31,878 nt of DNA, from positions 1 through 31,878 of IMG/VR virus record IMGVR_UViG_3300022839_000060, one strand, 5' to 3'. This DNA is from a virus. Lineage: Duplodnaviria; Caudoviricetes. A model generated the notes under the pieces. That model was not told the DNA's origin. It searched no databases and worked only from the letters and a program-made list of their open reading frames with translations. The position numbers were made by a program, and so were the translations under genes. Below, in pieces: positions 17,416 to 26,710 of the stretch. Within the stretch, counting starts at the first letter, position 1, and each line of letters begins with the position of its first letter.

Positions 17416-18339
17416 TTAGGCGGAGCGAACCACCTGTCGGGCTTCGCGGTCGTAGATGTATCGACCTGCCGTGCGCGATGGCGCCGAAGCGGCAGCAGGG
17501 GGCGGTGCGGATGAATTTCGCGAGAACCGTTCGCTCGGCGATTGGAATTGCTCGTTGGTCGGGATCTTGGCGCTCTCAAGCCGCTTGTAGTCAATGCCAT
17601 AGCTGTCGGTCAGGCGGCGTTGCTCCGCGCTGGCCGCGTCCGTCTCCGCACCGGCGGCCATGCCAGTCATCGCGCCCTTGCCAAGCCCGCTCACCGCTTC
17701 GCCGACCAGAGCGCCGTTGCGCTCAAGCCAGCCGCCAGTGCTGAACAGGCCGCCCGAGGCGGGCGTGGCCGCGCCCGTGGTGGCCGTCCCCGCCTGAGCG
17801 ACGCCCGCCGGTCCAGCCGCACCAGGCATTCCCGCCGCGCCCGTGGTGCCAGCGCCCGTGGTGGCCGCGCCCGTGGTGGCGCTGTCCAGCGCGACGCCTG
17901 CGGGGCCGGCAGCGCCCGGCGCTCCCGCAGCCCCCGTGATCGGCGGTGGGGCCTTGGCGAACGTGTTCGCAAGCGGATCGACGTTGAAGCCCAAGCCGCC
18001 AAGCGCGCCGCCCGTCACCGCGCCAGCCACCGCGCCACCCGCAGCACCTTCGAGAATGTCCCCGCCAGTGATCGCCGCCATGCCGCCGCCGATGGCCGCG
18101 CCATAGCCCGCGCTCGTCAGCGCGCCCGTCATAATCCCCGCAGCCGTTCCACTCAGCCCAAGAGAGGACGTCACCCCCGCCGCCGCCGCGCCCCAACCGC
18201 CCGCCATGGCGCCGACACCAAGCGCGGCGCCCGCGGTGAACACGACCGCGGCGATCATAAAGACCGCGCCAATGATCTTGCCGATCGTGGACTTCGTGAC
18301 CTTTTTGAAGAATTTCTTGACGCTGCTGAAAAAGCCCAT
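17416..18339 (-). CDS. probable ejection/DNA-pilot protein (307 aa)
   Basis: MGFFSSVKKFFKK amphipathic start followed by Gly/Ala-rich hydrophobic helices; GGGAGG RBS. Confidence 0.75.
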   Translation of the reverse strand: MGFFSSVKKFFKKVTKSTIGKIIGAVFMIAAVVFTAGAALGVGAMAGGWGAAAAGVTSSLGLSGTAAGIMTGALTSAGYGAAIGGGMAAITGGDILEGAAGGAVAGAVTGGALGGLGFNVDPLANTFAKAPPPITGAAGAPGAAGPAGVALDSATTGAATTGAGTTGAAGMPGAAGPAGVAQAGTATTGAATPASGGLFSTGGWLERNGALVGEAVSGLGKGAMTGMAAGAETDAASAEQRRLTDSYGIDYKRLESAKIPTNEQFQSPSERFSRNSSAPPPAAASAPSRTAGRYIYDREARQVVRSA

Positions 18340-18429
18340 GACGGCCTCCCGTGTTTATCTGTCTGAGGGGTTGAACATATCAGCTATGGCCGTCTGGTTG
18401 TTGGCGGCGGGGGCGGAAGCGGGATCGGC

Positions 18430-19158
18430 CTAGGCAACGAGCGGGTCCCACTCGATGTTGATCGCAAAAAACGTCTCGGTGACGGCGACCCGCCTGTCGA
18501 GCTCGCGGCGGGCAAGACCGATCTGCGCATCACGCTGCTCCGCGCTCATGTTCGTGTTCGCCATGATGCCTTGAAACTGCATGCTGTAGTTTGCCTGCGC
18601 CGCGTTGAGCATTCCTGCCGCGTTGGACTGCTCCGCCGCGCCGAGGTTCATCTCCGCCAGCCGCGTTTGCATGCCACGATCCAGCCCGCGCTCCGAGGTG
18701 TCGGATGCGATCTGCGTTGCCTGCCGCTGCGCGCTTGCGGTCACGTCCGCCGCTTGCAATTCCTTCTGCGCGGCGATGTCGGTCTGCTGGATGTCCTGAC
18801 GCGCTGCGATGTCGTTCGCCGCCAAGCGCTCCTGAGCCGCGATCTGCTGGCCCTGAAGGTCGCCGCTCTGCGTGAAGTCCTGATAGGACCGATTGGCCGC
18901 CGCGCCCTGCGCCGCGTTTTGCGCCGCGATGGGCATGGCGCGGTCGATCATGGCGCCGCTGGCCGCGCCCGCCGCCATGGACGACGAGAGCAAGCCCCGC
19001 GACGCCGCGGTCTGCATGCCCTGCGTGCGCGCCTGCACCATCAGCGGGCTATCTCTGGCGAGAAGGCCCGTCATCTCCTTGGCGACGTTTTGGTTTTGGT
19101 TTGGGTCTTGCGGCTTGGGAACGGTGGTCATCCCCGTGACGGTGGGCGTGAGTGCCAT
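18430..19158 (-). CDS. probable ejection/pilot protein (242 aa)
   Basis: Gln/Ala-rich helical protein with RGLLSSSMAAGA motif typical of podovirus internal proteins. Confidence 0.7.
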   Translation of the reverse strand: MALTPTVTGMTTVPKPQDPNQNQNVAKEMTGLLARDSPLMVQARTQGMQTAASRGLLSSSMAAGAASGAMIDRAMPIAAQNAAQGAAANRSYQDFTQSGDLQGQQIAAQERLAANDIAARQDIQQTDIAAQKELQAADVTASAQRQATQIASDTSERGLDRGMQTRLAEMNLGAAEQSNAAGMLNAAQANYSMQFQGIMANTNMSAEQRDAQIGLARRELDRRVAVTETFFAINIEWDPLVA

Positions 19159-19161
19159 GGG

Positions 19162-20868
19162 TTATCCGATCTTTTCGATTTCGAGGTGGGCGTAGAGCTC
19201 GCGCTCGCCAGTCTCACCAGAGTCACCAAACCCAGCGCCTCCGTATGAAGTTTGGCAGTAGTGCTGGAGCTCAATCACAGTTGTTGCGCCAAGCGTGAAA
19301 ATACCAACGATCGCGCTTTCAACGTATCCGTTGTCGGAAGAATACGCATAGTTTGAACTGCCGATTAAGAGCGTAGCTGACGCAGTGATGCTGTATAGGC
19401 GCGCTGCGTTGCTGTTCACTCTGTAAGCAAATGCGCCACCGCGAACACGATACGTCCCCGCTAGTAGGGTTACTCTGTTGCTGGCAAGGGATGCGCCGAC
19501 GCTGTTATGCTGGACGGTGTTCAAGTCCCGCGTGCGCCACGCTCCTGAGTCAAACGTGCCGCCGTTTGTGCCGCTGGCCTGCGTTTCTTGCACGATTAAA
19601 AATTGGCGAGCGGCCGTGATCGTCGGGTTGCCCGACACCCCATCGCCGTTCGTGACGGTGATGCCGGTTCCCGCGGTGAGCGTCCTTGCAGCCCAGGTGC
19701 CCGCCGCGGTGCGCGCAAGCAAGCCGTTCCCACCGGGCTCGACCGCCGTGCGAACCTGCGCCGCCGTCAAGTCCACCGGAGCGCCGGCGCCCGCCGCCGC
19801 CGCACGACCCTTGATCGTAGCTTCCGCCATGTTTGCCAGCTTGGCGTTTGCAAGCGACGCATCGACCGGCGCGAACGTAATCGTGGGGTTGGCCGTCAAG
19901 CCGTTGCCGTTCGCAATGGTAATCCCGGCCCCTGCGATAAGCGTGCGCGTTGACCAATTTCCCGACCCGCCATTCACGAGCATGCCCGAAGACGGGGGAG
20001 CGATGATCGCCCGCGTTTGCGTGGCGTTCAAATCAACGGGTGCGCCCATGCCTGTCCCATCCGCTCGGCCCTTGATTGTTCCTTGCGCGGCGTTCGCCAA
20101 AATAGCGTTCGTCACCGAGCCATTGGCGGGATCGGCAGTGATCGTCGGATTTCCCGCAACGCCATCGCCATCCGCGACGGTAATGCCGGTTCCTGCGGTA
20201 ATCGTCCGCGAAGCCCACCCGCCCGCCGTGATGCGCGCAAGCAGTCCGCTCGTCCCCGGCTCCACGATAGCCCGAACGCCACCACCCGTCAGATCCACGG
20301 GGGCGCCAGTGCCAGCGCCAAGCGCACGGCCTTTTATCGTCGCCTCTGCCATGTTGGCCAGCTTCGCCGCTGTCACCGCGCCATCCGCCAGCTTCGCCGT
20401 CGTGACCGCGCCATCCGCCAGCTTCGCCGCTGTCACCGCGCCGTCGGCTGGAACGACCCCGACCACCGTGCTGTTGAGCCGGAACACGGTCCCGTCATAC
20501 CGCAGCGTCACAATCCCACCGGCCAAGATCATCCCGGCCACAAGCTGATCGCCGTTGAAATCGCGGATCTGCTTCGCGCCCAAGCCGTTGATGTTGACAG
20601 TGCTCGCCCCGGTGTTTCCAGCGCCCGCGAGCATGTCCACCGCCGTGCCCGGCTCGTAGCTGGGCAGCGCAGGCGAAAACGCCATGGCATAGGTGTTCGC
20701 GGGGCCAGTGCCCGAGGCGAACATAACGCGCCCGGACAGCATCTTGGCCGACGTGGGCAACGTGTCGAACGCGGCCTCGACGGCTTGGAAGCTCACACTG
20801 ACGTCCGTGGACCGCGCCATGGTGAACGGAGCCGCTGAGCCTGCATAGTTGAAGAACGTGTTAGACAT
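19162..20868 (-). CDS. tail fibre protein (568 aa)
   Basis: N-terminal anchor with NTGASTVNINGLGAKQI; ADGAVTxAKL repeats; three ~80-aa repeats; distinct lower-GC C-terminal domain. Confidence 0.85.
   Translation of the reverse strand: MSNTFFNYAGSAAPFTMARSTDVSVSFQAVEAAFDTLPTSAKMLSGRVMFASGTGPANTYAMAFSPALPSYEPGTAVDMLAGAGNTGASTVNINGLGAKQIRDFNGDQLVAGMILAGGIVTLRYDGTVFRLNSTVVGVVPADGAVTAAKLADGAVTTAKLADGAVTAAKLANMAEATIKGRALGAGTGAPVDLTGGGVRAIVEPGTSGLLARITAGGWASRTITAGTGITVADGDGVAGNPTITADPANGSVTNAILANAAQGTIKGRADGTGMGAPVDLNATQTRAIIAPPSSGMLVNGGSGNWSTRTLIAGAGITIANGNGLTANPTITFAPVDASLANAKLANMAEATIKGRAAAAGAGAPVDLTAAQVRTAVEPGGNGLLARTAAGTWAARTLTAGTGITVTNGDGVSGNPTITAARQFLIVQETQASGTNGGTFDSGAWRTRDLNTVQHNSVGASLASNRVTLLAGTYRVRGGAFAYRVNSNAARLYSITASATLLIGSSNYAYSSDNGYVESAIVGIFTLGATTVIELQHYCQTSYGGAGFGDSGETGERELYAHLEIEKIG
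20357..20446. repeat. 30-bp tandem repeat x3 (ADGAVTAAKL)
   Basis: gccagcttcgccgctgtcaccgcgccatcc repeated three times with few substitutions. Confidence 0.9.
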
Positions 20869-22933
20869 TGCCTTTCACCCTCCCTCTCTTTGAGTAATCC
20901 AGCGTGAGAACAGACAGGGTGTGCGGCGCCTCGCCCGCTGCATCCGTGCTTATGGCGAGGCTGATGTTGAAGCCGATCGCGTTCAGCTCAACGTCCGCGG
21001 TCCCAATCACCTGAGCCGACCAGTTGAACGCATTCCAAAACGAGGTATCCCAGAAACCGCCACCGCCTCTGACCGAGAAATCTTGCGATTGCGCAGGGGC
21101 TTGGTCCGGGTTTCCGTAGGAAAATTCAGCAGTCGCGGTCAGGCTGTTGGATGAGACCCCATCAACCTCGACGTGTGCGTAGTGCCACTTCTTGTAAATT
21201 CGCGGCGTGCCTGCGGCGAAAAACGCAAGCCGAACCATTGCCGTCAGGTTTGCCCCGTCAAAATCAACGCCGCTGTCGAAGTGGTAGACGAACCCGTCCG
21301 CCCCCCCGATCATCGCCTTGTCGGTTCCATCAGGGCCAAGGCCCGAAAACGCGCAATGCGCGATGATCGGCAGATCCATCGGCATGATTTCGGGGAATTT
21401 GCGCCCGACGTAGAGCGAAAGCCCCGACCCGTCCGAGTAGAAAACGCGGTAGAGGTCCAGGCTGCGCAGGCGCATCGACGCGACCGGAGTGTCGCCGCGG
21501 GCATCGGCAAGCTGGATCAGCTTCTCGACCGAACCAGACAGGCCGCCCATCCGCCACCCACCGAGCGCCTGCGTGGCGGTCAGTTTGCGGATCGCGCCCG
21601 TGTCCATGTAGATCGGGGTGTTGATGAGCTGCGCGGTGTGCCGAACCGCGCCGCTATCTCCAGACACAGGAACCATCCGAAAGTCCGCGGCGCTGGTTCC
21701 CGTGACGTAATCCACCCGGCCTTTGGCAAAGAGCGTCAGCACGCCAGCCGATTTCACGGCGCCCACCGGCTCGTCGCCGACCGCGATTTCACCGGCGCCA
21801 GCGATCGCCCGGAAGTCCAGCGGCTCCCCGATGCCGGAAAACAGCCACGATCCAGCGTCGAACGAGAGCCACAGGTGATGCCCGTATTCCGCGACATGGC
21901 GAGGGGTGTCGAAGGTGCTGGGGACCGGCGCGCGGATAAAGGTGAACACCGACCCGTCCCACTCGAAGGCGCGGCCGACGCCATTGGCGCCATACATCCG
22001 CATCAGCGACTTGGCGCCGAAAAAGTTGTGGTTGAGAAATTGATAGGTGCCGCCTGGGGGAAGCACATTCGCGGTATCGGCGCCGGCAAGATCCGCGGAC
22101 CCGCCCGCCGTTGTAGCGGTTGCCGCGGTGAATGCCCCGCCCGCCACAGAGGACAGCGCCAAGTAGCCAGCGGCGTCATTGTCGCCCCAGTTGCCGCTCG
22201 TGAGGATAACGCGATCCACGGTCGCCGTGACGCCCCCTTGGGTCAGCGTCTCGCCCTCGACAAAGGCGTCGGTGCCGTCGGTGAATGAAATCGTCCGCCC
22301 GAGGTTCTGAGCCGTCCATCCCGTCGCGCTGGATTTGAACAGCACGGCCGACGCGGCGCCGGTTGCATCGCGCACGGCATAGTCGAACCCGCCGAACGAC
22401 CAGACGCCGCGCACGGGGCCCTCGCCTGCGGGCTTGGCGATCAGCGCGCGCCGCCGGGTCCGCTCCGCCAGCAGCCAAGCGGTGTTCTCGGCGTCGCTCG
22501 GGGCGCCGCCCGTCACGGCGACGCTGGCGCTGGTGGCCACATCGGACGACGACACCTCCAACGCTTCGCCCAATGCGAACGTGCCCGTGACGGCGGCAAG
22601 AGCGACGTATCCTACAGCATCGCCGCCCGCGACAGTTCCGGCCGTCACTGTGGCGTCAACGACCACGATGCCCGTAGCGCCGCTGGTCGCGCCCGTGAGC
22701 GTGTCTGCCGCCGAGATCGCCGCACTCCCGCTTGAGAAGTAGATCATGGCGTAGGCGGCGTCCGAAGGGGCCGGGAGGCCATCCATGCGCTCGTATCCGG
22801 TCAGGCGCCGGTAGCCCTTGATGTCGGGCTCGTAATTAAAGCCGCCGATCGCGCTCCCCGGCGACATTGCCATCGCGGGGGTCGCAAGGTCCAAGCCGCC
22901 GGCGAGCGCGAATGAAACCGGGATCTGGGTCAT
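20861..22933 (-). CDS. tail stabilisation/nozzle-like protein (690 aa)
   Basis: beta-rich; N-terminal GGLDL..P motif; C-terminal GGFWDTSFWNAFNWS; ATGA overlap with adaptor stop; synteny. Confidence 0.7.
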   Translation of the reverse strand: MTQIPVSFALAGGLDLATPAMAMSPGSAIGGFNYEPDIKGYRRLTGYERMDGLPAPSDAAYAMIYFSSGSAAISAADTLTGATSGATGIVVVDATVTAGTVAGGDAVGYVALAAVTGTFALGEALEVSSSDVATSASVAVTGGAPSDAENTAWLLAERTRRRALIAKPAGEGPVRGVWSFGGFDYAVRDATGAASAVLFKSSATGWTAQNLGRTISFTDGTDAFVEGETLTQGGVTATVDRVILTSGNWGDNDAAGYLALSSVAGGAFTAATATTAGGSADLAGADTANVLPPGGTYQFLNHNFFGAKSLMRMYGANGVGRAFEWDGSVFTFIRAPVPSTFDTPRHVAEYGHHLWLSFDAGSWLFSGIGEPLDFRAIAGAGEIAVGDEPVGAVKSAGVLTLFAKGRVDYVTGTSAADFRMVPVSGDSGAVRHTAQLINTPIYMDTGAIRKLTATQALGGWRMGGLSGSVEKLIQLADARGDTPVASMRLRSLDLYRVFYSDGSGLSLYVGRKFPEIMPMDLPIIAHCAFSGLGPDGTDKAMIGGADGFVYHFDSGVDFDGANLTAMVRLAFFAAGTPRIYKKWHYAHVEVDGVSSNSLTATAEFSYGNPDQAPAQSQDFSVRGGGGFWDTSFWNAFNWSAQVIGTADVELNAIGFNISLAISTDAAGEAPHTLSVLTLDYSKRGRVKGNV

Positions 22934-23622
22934 GCGATCGGCCTCATCGCGCGGAAGCTGAGCGTGGGAAGCTGGTCGTTCGCCAAGCGCAAACGCGACT
23001 TCGCGGCGGCCAGCTTCCAATCGGGCAGTTGCTCAAAACTCTCGGTGCCCACTGCGAGCAAGACCAACGCCTCACGCCAAATTAGGCTGTGATATTGCGC
23101 GGGCATCTCAGGAACGTCGGTGTCCACCTCAAGCGACTGCGGGGCCTTCTGATATTCGCCGCGGATCTGATAAACGATGTCGGGCGTGGGCCAAATGACA
23201 AGCTCGCCCTGCGGATTGACGCTCCACTCGATCGGGCGGTTTCTCGCATCGCGCGCTTTGCCGGTCAGGCGCTTCGAACGAAAATCCGGCCACTCGATGA
23301 ACTTCAGGCTGTTCTCGCGACGGTTGGTATCGTTTGGGTCCGAAATCGTCACGTCCGCGGTCTTGATGAATTTTGAATGCCGCGTGGCATCGAGGCTCAC
23401 CGCACCGTAGACGCCAAGATCGGCAAGCAGCACCTTGCTGAACTCATGGCGCATCCAGAGCCAGTCGTTCTTCATCTGCTGGACGTCGATCCAAGCGTCA
23501 TAGGTCCAGCCGATGATCTTTTTGATGTTCCCGGTTTGGTTCACAACCGTCGCAGGGAGTGCAAGGCCAGACACGGTTCCGCTCTCCTGCGCCGTCTTGC
23601 GACACAATTCCAGAAACGTCAT
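22930..23622 (-). CDS. head-tail adaptor protein (230 aa)
   Basis: MTFLELC start, W.WM, IWPTPD..Y, DTDVPEMPAQYH motifs of podoviral adaptor proteins. Confidence 0.8.
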   Translation of the reverse strand: MTFLELCRKTAQESGTVSGLALPATVVNQTGNIKKIIGWTYDAWIDVQQMKNDWLWMRHEFSKVLLADLGVYGAVSLDATRHSKFIKTADVTISDPNDTNRRENSLKFIEWPDFRSKRLTGKARDARNRPIEWSVNPQGELVIWPTPDIVYQIRGEYQKAPQSLEVDTDVPEMPAQYHSLIWREALVLLAVGTESFEQLPDWKLAAAKSRLRLANDQLPTLSFRAMRPIA

Positions 23623-23623
23623 G

Positions 23624-24082
23624 TCAGCCCCGCTCGATCAGTTGGTAGGGCTCGCGCTTGACCTTTTGCCAACCGACCAAGCGGCCGTTCTCGTCACGGA
23701 CAGGGCGGTCTTGCACGGCGTTATCCAGCGCCTGAGTCACCGAGTTTGGGACGACGACAGGGACGTCGCGCATCATTTTGAATACGCGCCCGTTGATGGA
23801 AACGCGCCCATACGGAAGCTGGCCTTCAAGGACCGCCAGGCGGATTTCGCTAAAACCGGGCTTTATCCGTGGCTCCTTGGCGGGGTGTCGATTGCCCTTG
23901 TGCAAGGCCTGAACCGAAGGCTCGCCTTCATCTGGCAAGACGTATTCATCCTGCTCGTAAGCGGTTCGGATGGTCGCAAGGGTCTTTGCGCCCGTGTGAT
24001 GCTGCGAGACATCCAGACCAAGATGGACGGCTACCGTTCGCAGCTCCGCCGGGGTTGCTTCGTTGAGCTTTATCGTCGGCAT
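23624..24082 (-). CDS. conserved hypothetical head-module protein (152 aa)
   Basis: AAGG upstream of ATG 24082; VSINGRVF..RDVPVVVP..V..AL.NAV motif. Confidence 0.7.
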   Translation of the reverse strand: MPTIKLNEATPAELRTVAVHLGLDVSQHHTGAKTLATIRTAYEQDEYVLPDEGEPSVQALHKGNRHPAKEPRIKPGFSEIRLAVLEGQLPYGRVSINGRVFKMMRDVPVVVPNSVTQALDNAVQDRPVRDENGRLVGWQKVKREPYQLIERG

Positions 24083-24113
24083 TTCAAACTCGCCTTGCTG
24101 GGGGGTGCGCAGC

Positions 24114-24144
24114 AAAAAGCCCCGGCCGTTGAGGGCCAGGGCTT
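24114..24144 (-). terminator. Rho-independent terminator
   Basis: minus strand AAGCCCUGGCC-cucaac-GGCCGGGGCUU followed by UUU. Confidence 0.8.
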
Positions 24145-24171
24145 AGGTCGCTGCGTCAGTCTGGGTAGGCG

Positions 24172-24411
24172 TCAGGCTGCGGTGACGAACCCGGCCAGCA
24201 CGAGGGCCGCGATTATCCGGTTGACCGCGACGGAGATTTCGGTGCCGGATGCGCTGGTGGTGAGGTCGGCGATGGCGGGCTGCGGCTCCATCGGCCCGGC
24301 GGTGCCGGCGAGCAGCGATCCGAGCACCTTCGTGTTTTCCGTCAGGGTGCCGCCGCCCCCGACGCGCAACGCCAAAATGGCATTCTCGCGGGTGTAGGTG
24401 TTGACAGGCAT
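24172..24411 (-). CDS. small head fibre/decoration-like protein (79 aa)
   Basis: TAAGGAG RBS; C-terminal AIADL...VNRIIAALVLAG resembles head-fibre C-termini. Confidence 0.65.
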   Translation of the reverse strand: MPVNTYTRENAILALRVGGGGTLTENTKVLGSLLAGTAGPMEPQPAIADLTTSASGTEISVAVNRIIAALVLAGFVTAA

Positions 24412-24421
24412 GGGTCGCTCC

Positions 24422-24727
24422 TTATTTCCCGCGCGAGGCGATGTAGTGGTAGACCTTCCCGTTCACCGAGACGGTGGTTCCCACGGTGACGCCCGGCGCG
24501 TCGCCGCCAACGGTGCCCGCATAGGCGGTGATGCCGTTGCTCGTGACCTTCGACAGCGCACCTGCAAGGGCGACGGTGGTGCCCGGGGTTGCCTTGAACC
24601 ACTCGGCGCCGGCGTTGGCGTCCGTGATGTTGATGACGCGGATGTGGTCAGGAATGAACCCCAACAGAAGATTGATGGCCGCTCCGGTTCCGGTATAGGT
24701 GCCGACGTAGCTGTTTCCGACGCTCAT
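24422..24727 (-). CDS. putative capsid decoration protein (101 aa)
   Basis: AAGGAG RBS; YTGTG...LGFIPD..VIN beta-rich; directly after major capsid. Confidence 0.7.
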   Translation of the reverse strand: MSVGNSYVGTYTGTGAAINLLLGFIPDHIRVINITDANAGAEWFKATPGTTVALAGALSKVTSNGITAYAGTVGGDAPGVTVGTTVSVNGKVYHYIASRGK

Positions 24728-24753
24728 GGCGTGGCTCCTTCTTGGCTTCAGGC

Positions 24754-24794
24754 AAAAGCGATACGGGCCGCGCGATCATGCACGGCCCGTATCG
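24754..24794 (-). terminator. terminator after major capsid gene
   Basis: perfect 12-bp stem cgatacgggccg 24759-24770 / cggcccgtatcg 24783-24794; CUUUU on minus strand. Confidence 0.75.
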
Positions 24795-24799
24795 GGGCA

Positions 24800-25798
24800 T
24801 CACAGGGCGGAGACGGCGACCTCGTAGCGCATCATCCAGTCGTCGTTCAGGATGACAGCAGCGTGCCACCCCTTCCAAGCCATCACGCCCCGCTGACCGA
24901 GCGGATCGTCCTTGGTCTTTTTGCCGGCGCTGATGACCGTCGGGCTGATCGAATCGCCGCCGCGCATGGGAACCGTCGCCCAAGCGTATTTGCCGAAGAT
25001 CAAGATCGGGTAGACGTCGATGTTCGTGTCGTCGGCCGCGACCATGCCGGTGGAGCCGACCGAGGCGCCTGCGCCGAGGAACGGCGCCAGATCCGGGGAC
25101 AGGATGTAGCGGACATCCTCGACAGACCCGATTTCGTATTCGGAAACCGTGCTGCGCGTCCCGTAATCCGCCACGTCTTTGAAGCCTGGCATGGAGCGGA
25201 TGTCGCTCTCCAGGTCCGTGTGCCCCACGGCGATATAGGCGCCGTGGACCGAGCGCGTGCCGTAGAGCACGCTGGAGCTGAGGATCGAGGTGATCTTCTG
25301 CGCCTTCTGGGCCTTCATCGAGCGGATGATCGCCCGCTGCTTCGTCAGCGAGATCGCGTGCGCCGTCGCGTTGCGCGCGGTGCCGGTGGCGTAGGTGACG
25401 CTGGTGCCGCCCTTGACGACGCCATAGTTCAGCGCCTCCATCGTGCGGCCGATGTTCTCGCCGTGCATCTCGGCCATGCTGTTGATGACCGGATCTTCGT
25501 GCGTGTCCTCGATCACGTCCGTGAAGTTCGACCAGTCGCCATACTGCTGGAGGCTGACGGTCACATCCTCGTAGGCGAAGGTCGTCCCATCGGGAGTCAC
25601 ACCCTCGACCAGCGGCGTGGTCGAGGCCGTGAACGGGATCGGGCGCCGGAACTTCATCTCCAAGCCCTTGTTCTTGGGCATGGGCTTGGTTTCGCCCAGC
25701 TTGTCCAGCACCATGACGGGCCCGGCGTGCCGAAGCATCTTGAGGGCGGCATAGGTCTGCGTGCGCGGCGAGATCCCCGCATCGGTATATTTCACCAT
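24800..25798 (-). CDS. major capsid protein, N4-gp56 family (332 aa)
   Basis: MPKNKG..KFRR, LVEGVTP, LQQYG, EIGSVEDVRYI, DPLGQRG..WK motifs; AAGGA RBS. Confidence 0.93.
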   Translation of the reverse strand: MVKYTDAGISPRTQTYAALKMLRHAGPVMVLDKLGETKPMPKNKGLEMKFRRPIPFTASTTPLVEGVTPDGTTFAYEDVTVSLQQYGDWSNFTDVIEDTHEDPVINSMAEMHGENIGRTMEALNYGVVKGGTSVTYATGTARNATAHAISLTKQRAIIRSMKAQKAQKITSILSSSVLYGTRSVHGAYIAVGHTDLESDIRSMPGFKDVADYGTRSTVSEYEIGSVEDVRYILSPDLAPFLGAGASVGSTGMVAADDTNIDVYPILIFGKYAWATVPMRGGDSISPTVISAGKKTKDDPLGQRGVMAWKGWHAAVILNDDWMMRYEVAVSAL

Positions 25799-25825
25799 CG
25801 TCTATTCCTTCGAGGGTTGTGCGCC

Positions 25826-26710
25826 CTACCGCTTGCCCATTCCGGCCGCCACCATCTGGTTGAACATCGCCAAGTGGTCGCCATCCTTCGGGATGCCCGA
25901 AGCGGATGAACGACCCTCGCGACGAGGCCCTGCGGTGGAAGCGATCTGGCGTTGTCGGCGGCTACGCTGGGCGCTTGGCGGATCGCCGGGCGCCAGAGGG
26001 TCTTTTTGGTGGAATTGCTGAAACCGCCGGATCAGGTCCGCCGCTTCCATGGGGTCTTCGATCTGCCCCCCATTGCGCTGCGCCGCTTGGCGATCGGCGA
26101 GGGGTTGATCCATGATCCAAGTCCCGAACGCGCTTTCGTTCGCGGCGACATAGGCCATGCCGCCGGGGGCATGGCGGTCGAGGTCAGCGCGGTTGGCTGC
26201 GTGGCTTTGGGCAACGCTCTGCTCGGCTTCGGCAAGCTCGGAGCCTTGCGCCGCGATCATCGCCGCAAGCTGAGACTTGAGCTGTCCAAGCTCCGCGTAG
26301 AGCGGTGCGGAAATCTCCGGGAAGTCCTCCAAAACGCTCGCCCTGGCAGCGGCGAAGTCTTCGGTTCCCGCCGCCTCAGTTACCGCGGCCATCTGCTTGC
26401 GCATGGCCGCGACACGTCCCTGTGCCGACCGTTGATCGCCGCGCAGCTTGACGTTTTCAGCGCGAAGAGCGGCCACCTTGTCGGCGCCGTCCTCGTCCTC
26501 GTCATCGTCGTCATAGCCGTCGGGATCGTCATCGTTGTCACCAGCGGTGCTCTCGTCAGCGTCGGGCGGCGTGTCGCCGGCCTCGGCATCGGGGTCTTGC
26601 TGGCTTTCGTCGCCTTCATCCGGGAACTGCTTGAGCATCTCGGACCAGAGAACGTCAGCGTCGTCTAAGCCGTCCGCTTGCGCAGACGCATCATCAGGCT
26701 CAATCGCCAT
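25826..26710 (-). CDS. scaffolding protein (294 aa)
   Basis: highly acidic N-terminus, coiled coil, position between portal and capsid. Confidence 0.75.
   Translation of the reverse strand: MAIEPDDASAQADGLDDADVLWSEMLKQFPDEGDESQQDPDAEAGDTPPDADESTAGDNDDDPDGYDDDDEDEDGADKVAALRAENVKLRGDQRSAQGRVAAMRKQMAAVTEAAGTEDFAAARASVLEDFPEISAPLYAELGQLKSQLAAMIAAQGSELAEAEQSVAQSHAANRADLDRHAPGGMAYVAANESAFGTWIMDQPLADRQAAQRNGGQIEDPMEAADLIRRFQQFHQKDPLAPGDPPSAQRSRRQRQIASTAGPRREGRSSASGIPKDGDHLAMFNQMVAAGMGKR

Noticed and set aside
19162-19610. Diversity-generating retroelement target in the tail fibre tip or LRR gene
   Set aside because: No reverse transcriptase and no second near-identical template copy seen in the window; cannot be excluded outside it
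24648-24983. Frameshifted capsid extension
   Set aside because: No clear slippery site near the capsid 3' end, and the alternative frame runs through a terminator hairpin
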